NCBI GenBank assembly: GCA_951813565.1
Contig: OX638351.1
Location: 1 to 64,000 of the forward strand
Length of the DNA: 64,000 nt
Source of the DNA: an uncultured Poribacteria bacterium
GTDB taxonomy: Bacteria; Poribacteria; WGA-4E; WGA-3G
Direction: 5' to 3'
Positions within the stretch are counted from its first letter, which is position 1, and each line of letters opens with the position of its first letter. A model generated the notes under the pieces. It made no database searches, was not told where the DNA came from, and saw only the letters and a program-made list of their open reading frames with translations. The translations under genes were made by a program, and so were the position numbers. This document shows positions 18,519 to 27,025 of this stretch, one piece after another.

Positions 18519-20526
18519 GACTCGCCTCCCGTTTTCGCCAATTATAGTAAAAGACCAAACTACCTGCAAGTATTGCTATTACATGAATCCAGATGAGCCC
18601 CAATTTTGTAGGTATAAAAAATAGGATTACTACCGCAATAAACATTATACCGCGTTCCCACAGAGGGATTTCCGTGAAGGCGTATCCTACTATGCTTGAT
18701 GCAAAGATGACAGTCCCAACGAATGTCAATGACAGATTAAGTATAACAACCCATATTTCGGGGTTTCCACCATCCGCACTGAGCCAGAGAAGTTCTGGAC
18801 GCAGCACAAAGGCATAAGGCAACGCAAAGCCAACGAGCGCAAACCGAAAAGCAGCGAATGCTGTGCGCATTATGCTGGTATTTGCAATTGCAGCAGCAGT
18901 ATAAGCTGCCAACGCAACAGGTGGTGTGACCATCGACATCATTCCAAAATAAAAAATAAAAAAATGTACCGCAAGTGTCACTATTCCTAAGTCTACAATC
19001 ACCGGTCCCACTAAAATCGCCACCAACAGATAACAGACTGAGGAGGGAAGTCCCATTCCCAATATAATTGTAGAGACCATCAACGCCAAAAGTGCAAGTA
19101 TTAAATTAGTTTCCGCAAGAGGTAACAGGGCTGAAGCCATCTCAGTACCCACAGCGGTCAGGTCAACCACGCCTAAGATAATTCCGACACAAGAAGCGGC
19201 TGCTATCAGGGACACACCGCTATGTGCAGCGTTTTCCATGGATTTCAATATTCCAGAAATCCCGACACGGGTTTTGGGATGAAATAGACTTACAATCAGT
19301 ACAATAAGCAGACTCCAACTCACAGCGCGAAATGGTGTAGAACCCATCAATAGAAATGCGACCAATGTAAAAAACGCCGCAAAGAAAACTACGCCTTGCA
19401 TCTTGGGAAGTTTTTCTACTGGGGAGTTATCTTGGATGGTGTTGTGATCTTTGCTTGCATCTTGCTCAGAGTGATCCGGCATTGTGTTGCCGATTCGCTT
19501 CGCATAAAAATGAACGATGAATAACAGCGCGGTATAATAGAGAATTGCAGGAAGTAACGCTGCTTTGATAATTTCAAGATAGGTGACAGATGGCTCAACG
19601 ATTTCTAACATCATGTAGGCAGCTGCACCCATAATTGGCGGGACTAATGCCCCACCTGAACTTGCTGCTGCTTCTATTCCGCCCGCTATTGTTGGTTTAA
19701 AACCTACACTCCGCATTAACGGAATCGTGAACGTTCCGGTTGTTGCTGTGTTCGCAACTGCGGAGCCGGAAAGTGATCCCATCAATCCACTACCAATCAC
19801 TGCTACCTTTGCCGGGCTTCCTATGCTCCTTCCAAAAATTCGTCTGGCCAAATTCAAAATATAGCCTGTTGCTCCTGTCCGTTCAAGGAAAGTGCCAAAC
19901 AATACAAACAGAAATACATAGGTAAACATTACTCGCAGTGCAACACCGAATACACCACCGTGTAGATATGTTTTACTTATAATGCGCGACAAGGAATACC
20001 CGCGATGTTGAAATAACCAACTGGGCAGGAACTGACCGAAACTTGCATAGAGAAGGAACGCAATAGCGAGCAATGGTAGGGTTACACCAATCGCTCGACG
20101 GGATGCCTCAAGTATTAACATGAGTCCGAACCCACCGATGAAATAATCCAATAGATGTTCTGCTGACGCACGTTCACCGAGAAATACACCGTTCAACCAA
20201 AACTTTTCAAAAATGGGTTCAGTTTGGATTGCAACATAGCCGAAACAGATGATAACACTGCCCACGAGCACAAAATCAAGAATCTGACAAAATCGGTCAT
20301 CCACGAAGCGAGGATGGAGTGGATACTTCAAAAATACGACTATTAACCCCAACATCGCGAAGAGTGCTAACGATGACTGCGGTCTTAGCAACGGATAATT
20401 AACTTCGGCTAAGATAAAAAGGCTCAGCAGGACACCAACCGGAAGAATGAGGGTCTGTTTTAACTGTTTCAATAGATTAAACGAACCTATCCTTTCGTTG
20501 ACGGGTTTCGTTAAAGTTACGGCCAA
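18502..20526 (-). CDS. TRAP transporter fused 4TM/12TM permease
   Basis: GSPAKVAV, SGSAVAN, IEAAASSGG..PPIMGAAA, ILGMGLP, VTPPVALA. Confidence 0.92.
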   Translation of the reverse strand: MAVTLTKPVNERIGSFNLLKQLKQTLILPVGVLLSLFILAEVNYPLLRPQSSLALFAMLGLIVVFLKYPLHPRFVDDRFCQILDFVLVGSVIICFGYVAIQTEPIFEKFWLNGVFLGERASAEHLLDYFIGGFGLMLILEASRRAIGVTLPLLAIAFLLYASFGQFLPSWLFQHRGYSLSRIISKTYLHGGVFGVALRVMFTYVFLFVLFGTFLERTGATGYILNLARRIFGRSIGSPAKVAVIGSGLMGSLSGSAVANTATTGTFTIPLMRSVGFKPTIAGGIEAAASSGGALVPPIMGAAAYMMLEIVEPSVTYLEIIKAALLPAILYYTALLFIVHFYAKRIGNTMPDHSEQDASKDHNTIQDNSPVEKLPKMQGVVFFAAFFTLVAFLLMGSTPFRAVSWSLLIVLIVSLFHPKTRVGISGILKSMENAAHSGVSLIAAASCVGIILGVVDLTAVGTEMASALLPLAETNLILALLALMVSTIILGMGLPSSVCYLLVAILVGPVIVDLGIVTLAVHFFIFYFGMMSMVTPPVALAAYTAAAIANTSIMRTAFAAFRFALVGFALPYAFVLRPELLWLSADGGNPEIWVVILNLSLTFVGTVIFASSIVGYAFTEIPLWERGIMFIAVVILFFIPTKLGLIWIHVIAILAGSLVFYYNWRKREASHENYA

Positions 20527-20804
20527 GTTGATGCAAAACGTTTGTAAGTCTGCCCCTTAAGCGTCATTATGCTTACGCCCTACAATAAACTCGTTTAGTT
20601 TAGCAAAAGATAGGAAGGATGTCAAATGAAAAATGGGTTTCTACAGAGGCATTCAATTGTCGTGAAGCACCCTTATGGGTTTTGTAAATCTGATTCTTCT
20701 ATAGGAGTGAACTCCAACTCGCGACATCACCCTAAATCCGCGAACTTCACGTAATCCGCGATTCAGAAATTGTCAGAAACTTTATACACCTATTGCCGCA
20801 AAGC

Positions 20805-21438
20805 CAGGGTTATTCAGTTTTATAAATTCTTATTTTATCATGTTAACTGAAAGTTTAGGTTTTGAAGCGAGATATTTGATTGTATCAGAGATAGCTGTAT
20901 ACCCTGCAAATCGTCCTACCGATAATGCTGTATTACGCATTGCTGCCATGACTTGTGGTATAGCACCGCATCGGACAGGAGAGGCATCCTGTCAAATCGG
21001 GACGACTTTCTAACACGGTGTTTACCCATTTTGTTAGAGTTTCTTCTAATGCCTCAACATCTAACTTTTTCAATAGATCATGGATAGTTGAAGCACAAGG
21101 TGTTATCTTCTTTGTGAAACCGAGTGCTTTTGCGAGTGCTGGTTGTGAGCGTGCCCAAGTAGCGATTGATGTCCACCCTTTATGTCCGCACATCAATCCG
21201 ATGACGACAAGTGCGAGGGTTGATGTCAGCGGATGTCGTTTCCCTTTATTCTTGCGTGGGTCTTCAAGTTTTGCTAACATATCTATCAAGTGTCAAGATT
21301 TTCTTCTTGTCATTATTCACCTCAAAATAGGTCGTTTTAAGGTGAACTATAGCAGATATGGTGTAAAAAAACATGCTATATCTGCTTTTCATAAAAAATA
21401 AACACTTGTGAAAAAATTTCGAAAACTGAATAACCCTG
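20805..21438 (-). mobile_element. Internally deleted ISAs1-family element
   Basis: Perfect 17-bp TIR CAGGGTTATTCAGTTTT at 20805 and 21422-21438; N- and C-terminal transposase remnants inside. Confidence 0.85.
20830..21289 (-). pseudogene. ISAs1 transposase remnant (N-terminus joined out of frame to C-terminus; DDE core absent)
   Basis: N-term EDPRKNKGKRHPL..MCGHKGW..IATW; other frame IPQVMAAMRNTALS..KYLASKPK. Confidence 0.8.
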
Positions 21439-21456
21439 AATGCTTAGACAACCTTA

Positions 21457-21485
21457 TTGACTTAAACCGCTGTTTAGGGTACAAT
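21457..21485 (+). promoter_or_regulatory. Sigma-70 promoter of sulfatase
   Basis: TTGACT-17 bp-TACAAT upstream of AGGAG RBS. Confidence 0.65.
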
Positions 21486-21507
21486 CTTTGTCAAAACAGG
21501 AGTCAGA

Positions 21508-23115
21508 ATGAACAGAACAGATCGTCCGAATATCCTCTGGATATCTTTAGAGGATACAACGCCGCGATTCGGTTGCTATGGCGACCCAATCGCTCGCACA
21601 CCCAATATTGACCGCCTCGCTGCTGGTGGATGTCGGTTTCCGAATGCCTTTTCAACAGCAGGTGTCTGTGCGCCGAGTCGTTCCGCTATCATCACCGGTA
21701 TGTATCAAACCTCTATCGGGACACACCACATGCGGACAGCCCATACAAACCGCAATACACCAGACATGCCAACACCGTATTCTGCTGTTCCGCCTCCGTA
21801 TGTCAAAACCTTTACGGAATACCTGAGAGCTGCTGGCTATTACTGCACCAACAACAGTAAAACTGACTATCAGTTTACACCGCCTGTTACGGCTTGGGAT
21901 GACAATAGCAACCAAGGACATTGGCGAAATCGTGAGGCAGGACAACCCTTCTTTTCTGTCTTTAATCCTACTGTTACACACGAAAGCGGCATGTGGGAGA
22001 AGCCAGATCGTCCGTTGACCACGACAACAAATCCAGATGACGTAGAATTACCTCCCTATCTACCCGATACGCCTAAAGCAAGACAGGCATTGGCTCGCCA
22101 ATACGATAACCTCGCCACCGCTGATACACGGGTAGGTGAATTGTTAGATCAGTTGGAAGAGGATGGACTTGCCGAAAATACCATTGTCTTTCTGTGGAGC
22201 GACCACGGTGAAGGACTGCCACGCGGTAAACGGTGGCCCTATGATGCGGGGATTCGGATTCCACTAATTGTGCGTTGGAACGGAGAACTTAGTTTAGGAA
22301 GTGAAAGCGACCAATTGGTAAGTTTGATTGACCTCGGCCCAACTGTGCTCTCGTTATGTGGCGTGCAAACACCGCAGCACTTACAAGGACAACCCTTCCT
22401 TGGACCACAAACAGTTGAACGTGACTATATCTTTGCGACACGCGACAGGTATGATGAATCTTATGATATGATACGTGCAGTGCGTGATAAAAAATATAAA
22501 TATATTAGAAATTATTATCCCGAAAAACCTTATCTCCTCTGGATTCCTTACCGCAATCGACACCCAGTGATGCAGGAAATGTGGAGGCTTTATGCTGAAG
22601 ACAAGCTTGAGGGAGACCAATTGACCATGTTCCGTTCACGCCCAACAGAAGAACTTTATGATGTTGAAAATGACAAGTTTGAACTCAACAACTTGGCGGA
22701 AGATACAGCACATGCAAACGTGCTGGAACGGATGCAAGGTGCATTGGCGCAGTGGCAATCTGAATTCGGAGATATGGGAGATATATCTGAAGAGCAGATG
22801 GTCGCAAAGTGGTATCCTAACGGCACACAACCACAAACGGCACCACCACTTTTTATTCCGATTAACGCGTCCAACCCCGGTAGGGAACCTGCACAAGAGA
22901 ATGGAGAGTGGGATGCACCGCTGCTTTTACAACTCCACTGTTCCACACAAGGCGCATCAATTGCCTATACAACGGAACGGGGTGAAGATGTTGGATGGCA
23001 GTTGTATACCGAACCTTTACGTCTACCGAAAGGTGAGACAACTGTGAGAGCAAAAGCAATTCGTATCGGATATAAAGAAAGTGATGAGAATATCTTTCAC
23101 GCTGAAATTTTATAG
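21508..23115 (+). CDS. Sulfatase (Cys-type) with C-terminal chitobiase/FN3-like domain
   Basis: RPNILW, CAPSRSAIITG, SDHG, ELYD; C-terminal STQGASIAYT..YTEP..VRAKAIRIG. Confidence 0.93.
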   Translation: MNRTDRPNILWISLEDTTPRFGCYGDPIARTPNIDRLAAGGCRFPNAFSTAGVCAPSRSAIITGMYQTSIGTHHMRTAHTNRNTPDMPTPYSAVPPPYVKTFTEYLRAAGYYCTNNSKTDYQFTPPVTAWDDNSNQGHWRNREAGQPFFSVFNPTVTHESGMWEKPDRPLTTTTNPDDVELPPYLPDTPKARQALARQYDNLATADTRVGELLDQLEEDGLAENTIVFLWSDHGEGLPRGKRWPYDAGIRIPLIVRWNGELSLGSESDQLVSLIDLGPTVLSLCGVQTPQHLQGQPFLGPQTVERDYIFATRDRYDESYDMIRAVRDKKYKYIRNYYPEKPYLLWIPYRNRHPVMQEMWRLYAEDKLEGDQLTMFRSRPTEELYDVENDKFELNNLAEDTAHANVLERMQGALAQWQSEFGDMGDISEEQMVAKWYPNGTQPQTAPPLFIPINASNPGREPAQENGEWDAPLLLQLHCSTQGASIAYTTERGEDVGWQLYTEPLRLPKGETTVRAKAIRIGYKESDENIFHAEIL

Positions 23116-23167
23116 CCTACACTTCTTTCACAAAGTTTTAAAAGTACGTGTTTATAGTTAGTTAAGG

Positions 23168-23275
23168 CAGGACTTACGCAAATTGGGCAAAAAAGGAAAA
23201 TGGAACTTAAAAAGCCGTTATTTCGGTGTCTCAACCTCCTTATCAGGGACTTTAAGAAGAAAAACGTAAGCCCTG
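23168..23275. mobile_element. Degenerate copy of the CAGGACTTACGCAA MITE
   Basis: Left end CAGGACTTACGCAAATT, right end ACGTAAGCCCTG; internal CCTCCTTATC shared with the 12096 copy. Confidence 0.7.
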
Positions 23276-23304
23276 GTAGGCATACGTTTTTACGTGCGAT
23301 TTTC

Positions 23305-23334
23305 TTGACACCGATATTTTTAAAATGATATACT
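23305..23334 (+). promoter_or_regulatory. Sigma-70 promoter of the TA operon
   Basis: TTGACA-18 bp-TATACT with extended TG. Confidence 0.65.
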
Positions 23335-23349
23335 TAAACATATTTCCTG

Positions 23350-23706
23350 ATGTCGTTTTTTAGAGAGGAGGAATTTGATTTGAAAGCGCGGAATGAACAG
23401 TTAGAGACAGACGTATCCGAAATTGAAGCAGATGAAAACCTCACACCACATCGTCCTGAGAACTTAGGGCGTCCCTCAGGTCTCCCGCCTCTGAAATTAG
23501 CTGAACTGTTGGCACAAGAACCGGATAACACTCAGCATAATGAAGTTGCTGTCCCTTCTTCTCTCACGCCACATCGTCCTGAGAACTTAGGGCGTCCCTC
23601 AGGTCTCCCGCCTCTGAAATTAGCTGAACTGTTGGCACAAGAACCAGAAAATACTGATTCAGAAGAAATAAACACTGGTCCAGCAGTAGGCAATGAAGTA
23701 TGTTAA
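23350..23706 (+). CDS. MazE-like antitoxin with internal duplication (may start at TTG 23380)
   Basis: C-terminal LKLAELLAQ..PEN...EEINTGPAVGNEV resembles the MazE toxin-binding tail; overlaps mazF. Confidence 0.65.
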   Translation: MSFFREEEFDLKARNEQLETDVSEIEADENLTPHRPENLGRPSGLPPLKLAELLAQEPDNTQHNEVAVPSSLTPHRPENLGRPSGLPPLKLAELLAQEPENTDSEEINTGPAVGNEVC

Positions 23707-24062
23707 CGTTATCTCGGTATGACCAGAATTATATTCCTGTGCATGGGGACGTAGTGGATATTAACTTCAGTCCTCAAATAGGAAGAGAAATCTGGGATTG
23801 GCGTCCTGCCCTTGTTCTCTCCTCATGGGATTTCAACCGCACGAAAAATGTAGCAATTATCTGTCCAATTACTCGGACCACAAAAGGAAGCCGCTTTGAG
23901 ATTGAAATTCCGGAGGGATTAGAGGTACACGGTTTTATCCGAACAGATCAAGTCAAAAGTCTGGATTGGCAGGCAAGAAAAGCAATATTCTTGTGTGCAA
24001 TGTCTAATGAAACGGTGGTTACAGTTTCCAATACAGTCCAAGCAATTATATGGGGAATTTAG
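23700..24062 (+). CDS. mazF: PemK/MazF family toxin
   Basis: GDVVDINFSPQIGRE..RPALVLS..FN, ICPIT, DQVKSLDW. Confidence 0.92.
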   Translation: MLTLSRYDQNYIPVHGDVVDINFSPQIGREIWDWRPALVLSSWDFNRTKNVAIICPITRTTKGSRFEIEIPEGLEVHGFIRTDQVKSLDWQARKAIFLCAMSNETVVTVSNTVQAIIWGI

Positions 24063-24158
24063 CCGTTCGTATGGATAATTCCGAATTTGGAATGCCAAGG
24101 CCCCTTAAAAGTCATCTACTGGGTTTATGGATAGGTTTTTATAAGGAGAACATAACCA

Positions 24159-25253
24159 ATGGCTCAAGAGAATAATCAAGACTATTATGTTTACGTTGGC
24201 ACCTATACACATGGAGATAGCGAGGGCATTTACGTCTATCGCTTAGATAGTGAGACAGGTGCGTTAGAATATTCCAGTAAGGTAACAGGCGTAGAAAATC
24301 CTTCGTTTTTGGATATCCATCCAAGTGGTCGTTATCTTTATTCTGTAAATGAGATCGGTGAATTTGAAGGTAAAGCAAGCGGTGCCGTCACAGCGTTTTA
24401 CATCCATGGGAGTACGGGAGAGATTAGTTTCCTAAACCAGCGAGCCACTGGAGGCGGCGCACCTTGCCATGTAAGTGTAGACGCTACCGGTAAATATCTG
24501 CTTGTGGCAAATTACGGTGGTGGAAGTGTTGCTGCATTACCAATAGGGAAAGACGGTAGACTTGGTGAAGCATCTGATTTTGTGCAGCATCAAGGTTCCA
24601 GTGTCAACCCAGGGCGTCAATCGGAACCCCACGCGCATGCTATTATGATTGATGGCGACAACCGTTTTGCTTTTGCGCCTGACCTCGGGCTTGATAAAAT
24701 CCTTATTTACCAGTTGGATTTGGAAGAAGGAAAACTGATCTCTAACACACAACCGTGGGCAAGGGTGCATCCGGGAGCAGGTCCACGCCATCTTGATTTT
24801 CATCCGAATGGCAAATATACTTATGTGATTAATGAATTGGATTCTACCTTCACCGCTTTTCGGTATGACGCTAACGCAGGCACACTAACTGAAATCCAAA
24901 CAATTTCAACGCTTCCAGAAGACTTTGATGGTACCAGCCATTGTGCAGATGTCCACGTTCATCCCTCTGGCAAATTCCTTTATGGCTCAAATCGTGGGCA
25001 TGATAGCATTGTTATCTGCGCAATTGATGAAGAAACTGGAATGTTGAGTTACATAGGTTGTGAATCAACGCAAGGACAAACACCCCGAAACTTTAGTTTA
25101 AATCCTGCGGGGACTTTCCTCTTAGCTGCCAATCAACAGACAAATAACATTGTCACGTTCGCTGTTAATGCTGATACCGGTGAATTGACTGAAACAGGAA
25201 ACGTTGCAGAAGTGCCAAATCCGGTCTGCTTAAAAATGCTTGCATGTAGTTAA
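24159..25253 (+). CDS. pgl: Lactonase family beta-propeller (6-phosphogluconolactonase-like)
   Basis: YVGTYT, ANYGGG, RQSEPHAH, GAGPRH, SNRGHDSI, TPRNF. Confidence 0.9.
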   Translation: MAQENNQDYYVYVGTYTHGDSEGIYVYRLDSETGALEYSSKVTGVENPSFLDIHPSGRYLYSVNEIGEFEGKASGAVTAFYIHGSTGEISFLNQRATGGGAPCHVSVDATGKYLLVANYGGGSVAALPIGKDGRLGEASDFVQHQGSSVNPGRQSEPHAHAIMIDGDNRFAFAPDLGLDKILIYQLDLEEGKLISNTQPWARVHPGAGPRHLDFHPNGKYTYVINELDSTFTAFRYDANAGTLTEIQTISTLPEDFDGTSHCADVHVHPSGKFLYGSNRGHDSIVICAIDEETGMLSYIGCESTQGQTPRNFSLNPAGTFLLAANQQTNNIVTFAVNADTGELTETGNVAEVPNPVCLKMLACS

Positions 25254-25259
25254 TAACAT

Positions 25260-25299
25260 AAAAAACGGGCGGAAATTTATTATATCCGCCCGTTTTTTT
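25260..25299. terminator. Bidirectional rho-independent terminator
   Basis: AAAAAACGGGCGGA-loop-TCCGCCCGTTTTTTT between convergent genes. Confidence 0.88.
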
Positions 25300-25339
25300 C
25301 GAGTGTGCTGTTCCACAGTTCGTTTTACGCAAACAACAT

Positions 25340-26944
25340 TTACCTTTTTTGCCGACGCTGTCTACGATGTTCTCCGAGTTTATCCCAAGGATAAATAAAG
25401 CAGCGATTTGCCCAGTCTTGATACAAACCATCTAATTCCTTCACCTTTTGCGGATGCTTGTCAGCGATATCGTCAATTTCTGTCCGTTCTGCTTGCAGAT
25501 CGTAAAGTTCCCAATCCCCAGGAAATCTACAAACAAGTTTCATATCCCCTTGACGGACTGCGCAATTGCCTTCGTGCTCCCAAAAAAGGATGTCTTTCCC
25601 GTTGTCTTTATCATCAAAAATCGGGACTAAACTTGTTCCTTCCAACGGCAAAATCGGTTTGCTGTCGTGTTCTTCGGGATAGGTCGCACCAGATATCTCA
25701 AGGCATGTTGCCATTATATCAGGAAGTTGTCCGGGTTGATGTCGAAGTTCACCTGCTGAGTTGATGGCATCAGGCCAATGCGCTATGAGTGGCGTAGCGA
25801 TTCCGCCTTCATGCACCCAGTGCTTGTATAAGCGGAAAGGTGTATTAGAAAGATTTGCCCACGGAACCCCATAACTTTGATAAGTAGTTTCGGGGCCAGG
25901 CATAATGCTCGGATCGTTCCCACGATAAACAGTTTTTCCATCAGAGGTTGTCTGCGTGCTGATAAGTGAACCGCCGTCGCGTTTCGCTGGCGGTCCACCG
26001 AGTTCTTCCGCGCAACCACCGTTATCGGCTAAAAACAGGATGAGCGTGTTGTCTAATTGCCCTGTCTCTTCGAGCGTATTGATGATTCGTCCGATGCCTG
26101 CATCCATACGTGTGATTTGTGCAGCATAAACTTCCATCCTGCGTTGGTTCCACTCCTTATATTCTGCTTCGCTCCACGGTCGCTGTGACGGATCGCGGTC
26201 TGTCAATCGCCACGATTCATCCAAAATCTTCATCTCGCGCATTCGCGATAATCTTTCTTCCCGTAGTTCATCCCAACCTGCAGCAAAACGTCCGTTGTAT
26301 TCCGCGATGTCCTCTTCGTGTGCATGCAAGGGCCAGTGTGGTGCGGTGTATGCCACATAAGTGAAGAATGGACTATCAGCTTTTTTATCGTGGTGTTTCT
26401 GAATAAAATTCACCGCTTCATCACTGACGGCATCAGTAAAGAAATATCCTTCTGGTAGGTCGTCGCTATCAAGCCGCGTATTATCTCGTGTTAAGGTATT
26501 TGGTTTCCAAAAGTTGGCTGCACCCGTAATAATTCCATAGTATTCGTCAAAACCGCGCTGACACGGCCAACTGTGTTTGGGGCCATCTGGGCCTGTATGT
26601 CGGGAAATATGCCATTTACCGCTCATATAAGTGCCATAGCCTTCCGAACGGACAGCATCTGCAATTGTGATACAGCGGTCATTCAGGTCGCCGCGATAGC
26701 CTTCTAAACCATCGTCCCCCATCATATGTCCTACACCAGTTTGATGTGGATGAAGACCGGTGAGCATTGAGGCACGGGAAGGACAACACCTCGCTGTATT
26801 GTAAAACTGTGTGAACCGAAGTCCGCCAGCGGCAAGACGGTCTAAATTCGGCGTATGAACTTCTCCACCATAACATCCTAAGTCTGAAAAGCCCATATCA
26901 TCATTTAGGATAAGAACAATATTTGGTTTTCTGTTTTCACTCAT
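25340..26944 (-). CDS. Arylsulfatase
   Basis: KPNIVLILNDDMG, CCPSRASMLTG, GKWH, APHWPLHA, ADNG. Confidence 0.93.
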   Translation of the reverse strand: MSENRKPNIVLILNDDMGFSDLGCYGGEVHTPNLDRLAAGGLRFTQFYNTARCCPSRASMLTGLHPHQTGVGHMMGDDGLEGYRGDLNDRCITIADAVRSEGYGTYMSGKWHISRHTGPDGPKHSWPCQRGFDEYYGIITGAANFWKPNTLTRDNTRLDSDDLPEGYFFTDAVSDEAVNFIQKHHDKKADSPFFTYVAYTAPHWPLHAHEEDIAEYNGRFAAGWDELREERLSRMREMKILDESWRLTDRDPSQRPWSEAEYKEWNQRRMEVYAAQITRMDAGIGRIINTLEETGQLDNTLILFLADNGGCAEELGGPPAKRDGGSLISTQTTSDGKTVYRGNDPSIMPGPETTYQSYGVPWANLSNTPFRLYKHWVHEGGIATPLIAHWPDAINSAGELRHQPGQLPDIMATCLEISGATYPEEHDSKPILPLEGTSLVPIFDDKDNGKDILFWEHEGNCAVRQGDMKLVCRFPGDWELYDLQAERTEIDDIADKHPQKVKELDGLYQDWANRCFIYPWDKLGEHRRQRRQKR

Positions 26945-27025
26945 AAAATAGATACCTCTTTTAAAGTAAGTTAAGATGAAATCAAATCTGCCTATATAAG
27001 AATATGTACTCCGTTCATCAGGACT

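Noticed and set aside
20772..20792. TGTCAGAAACTTTATACACCT resembling the right TIR of the 4479-5937 IS
   Set aside because: 17/21 match but no convincing partner end; at most a decayed relic
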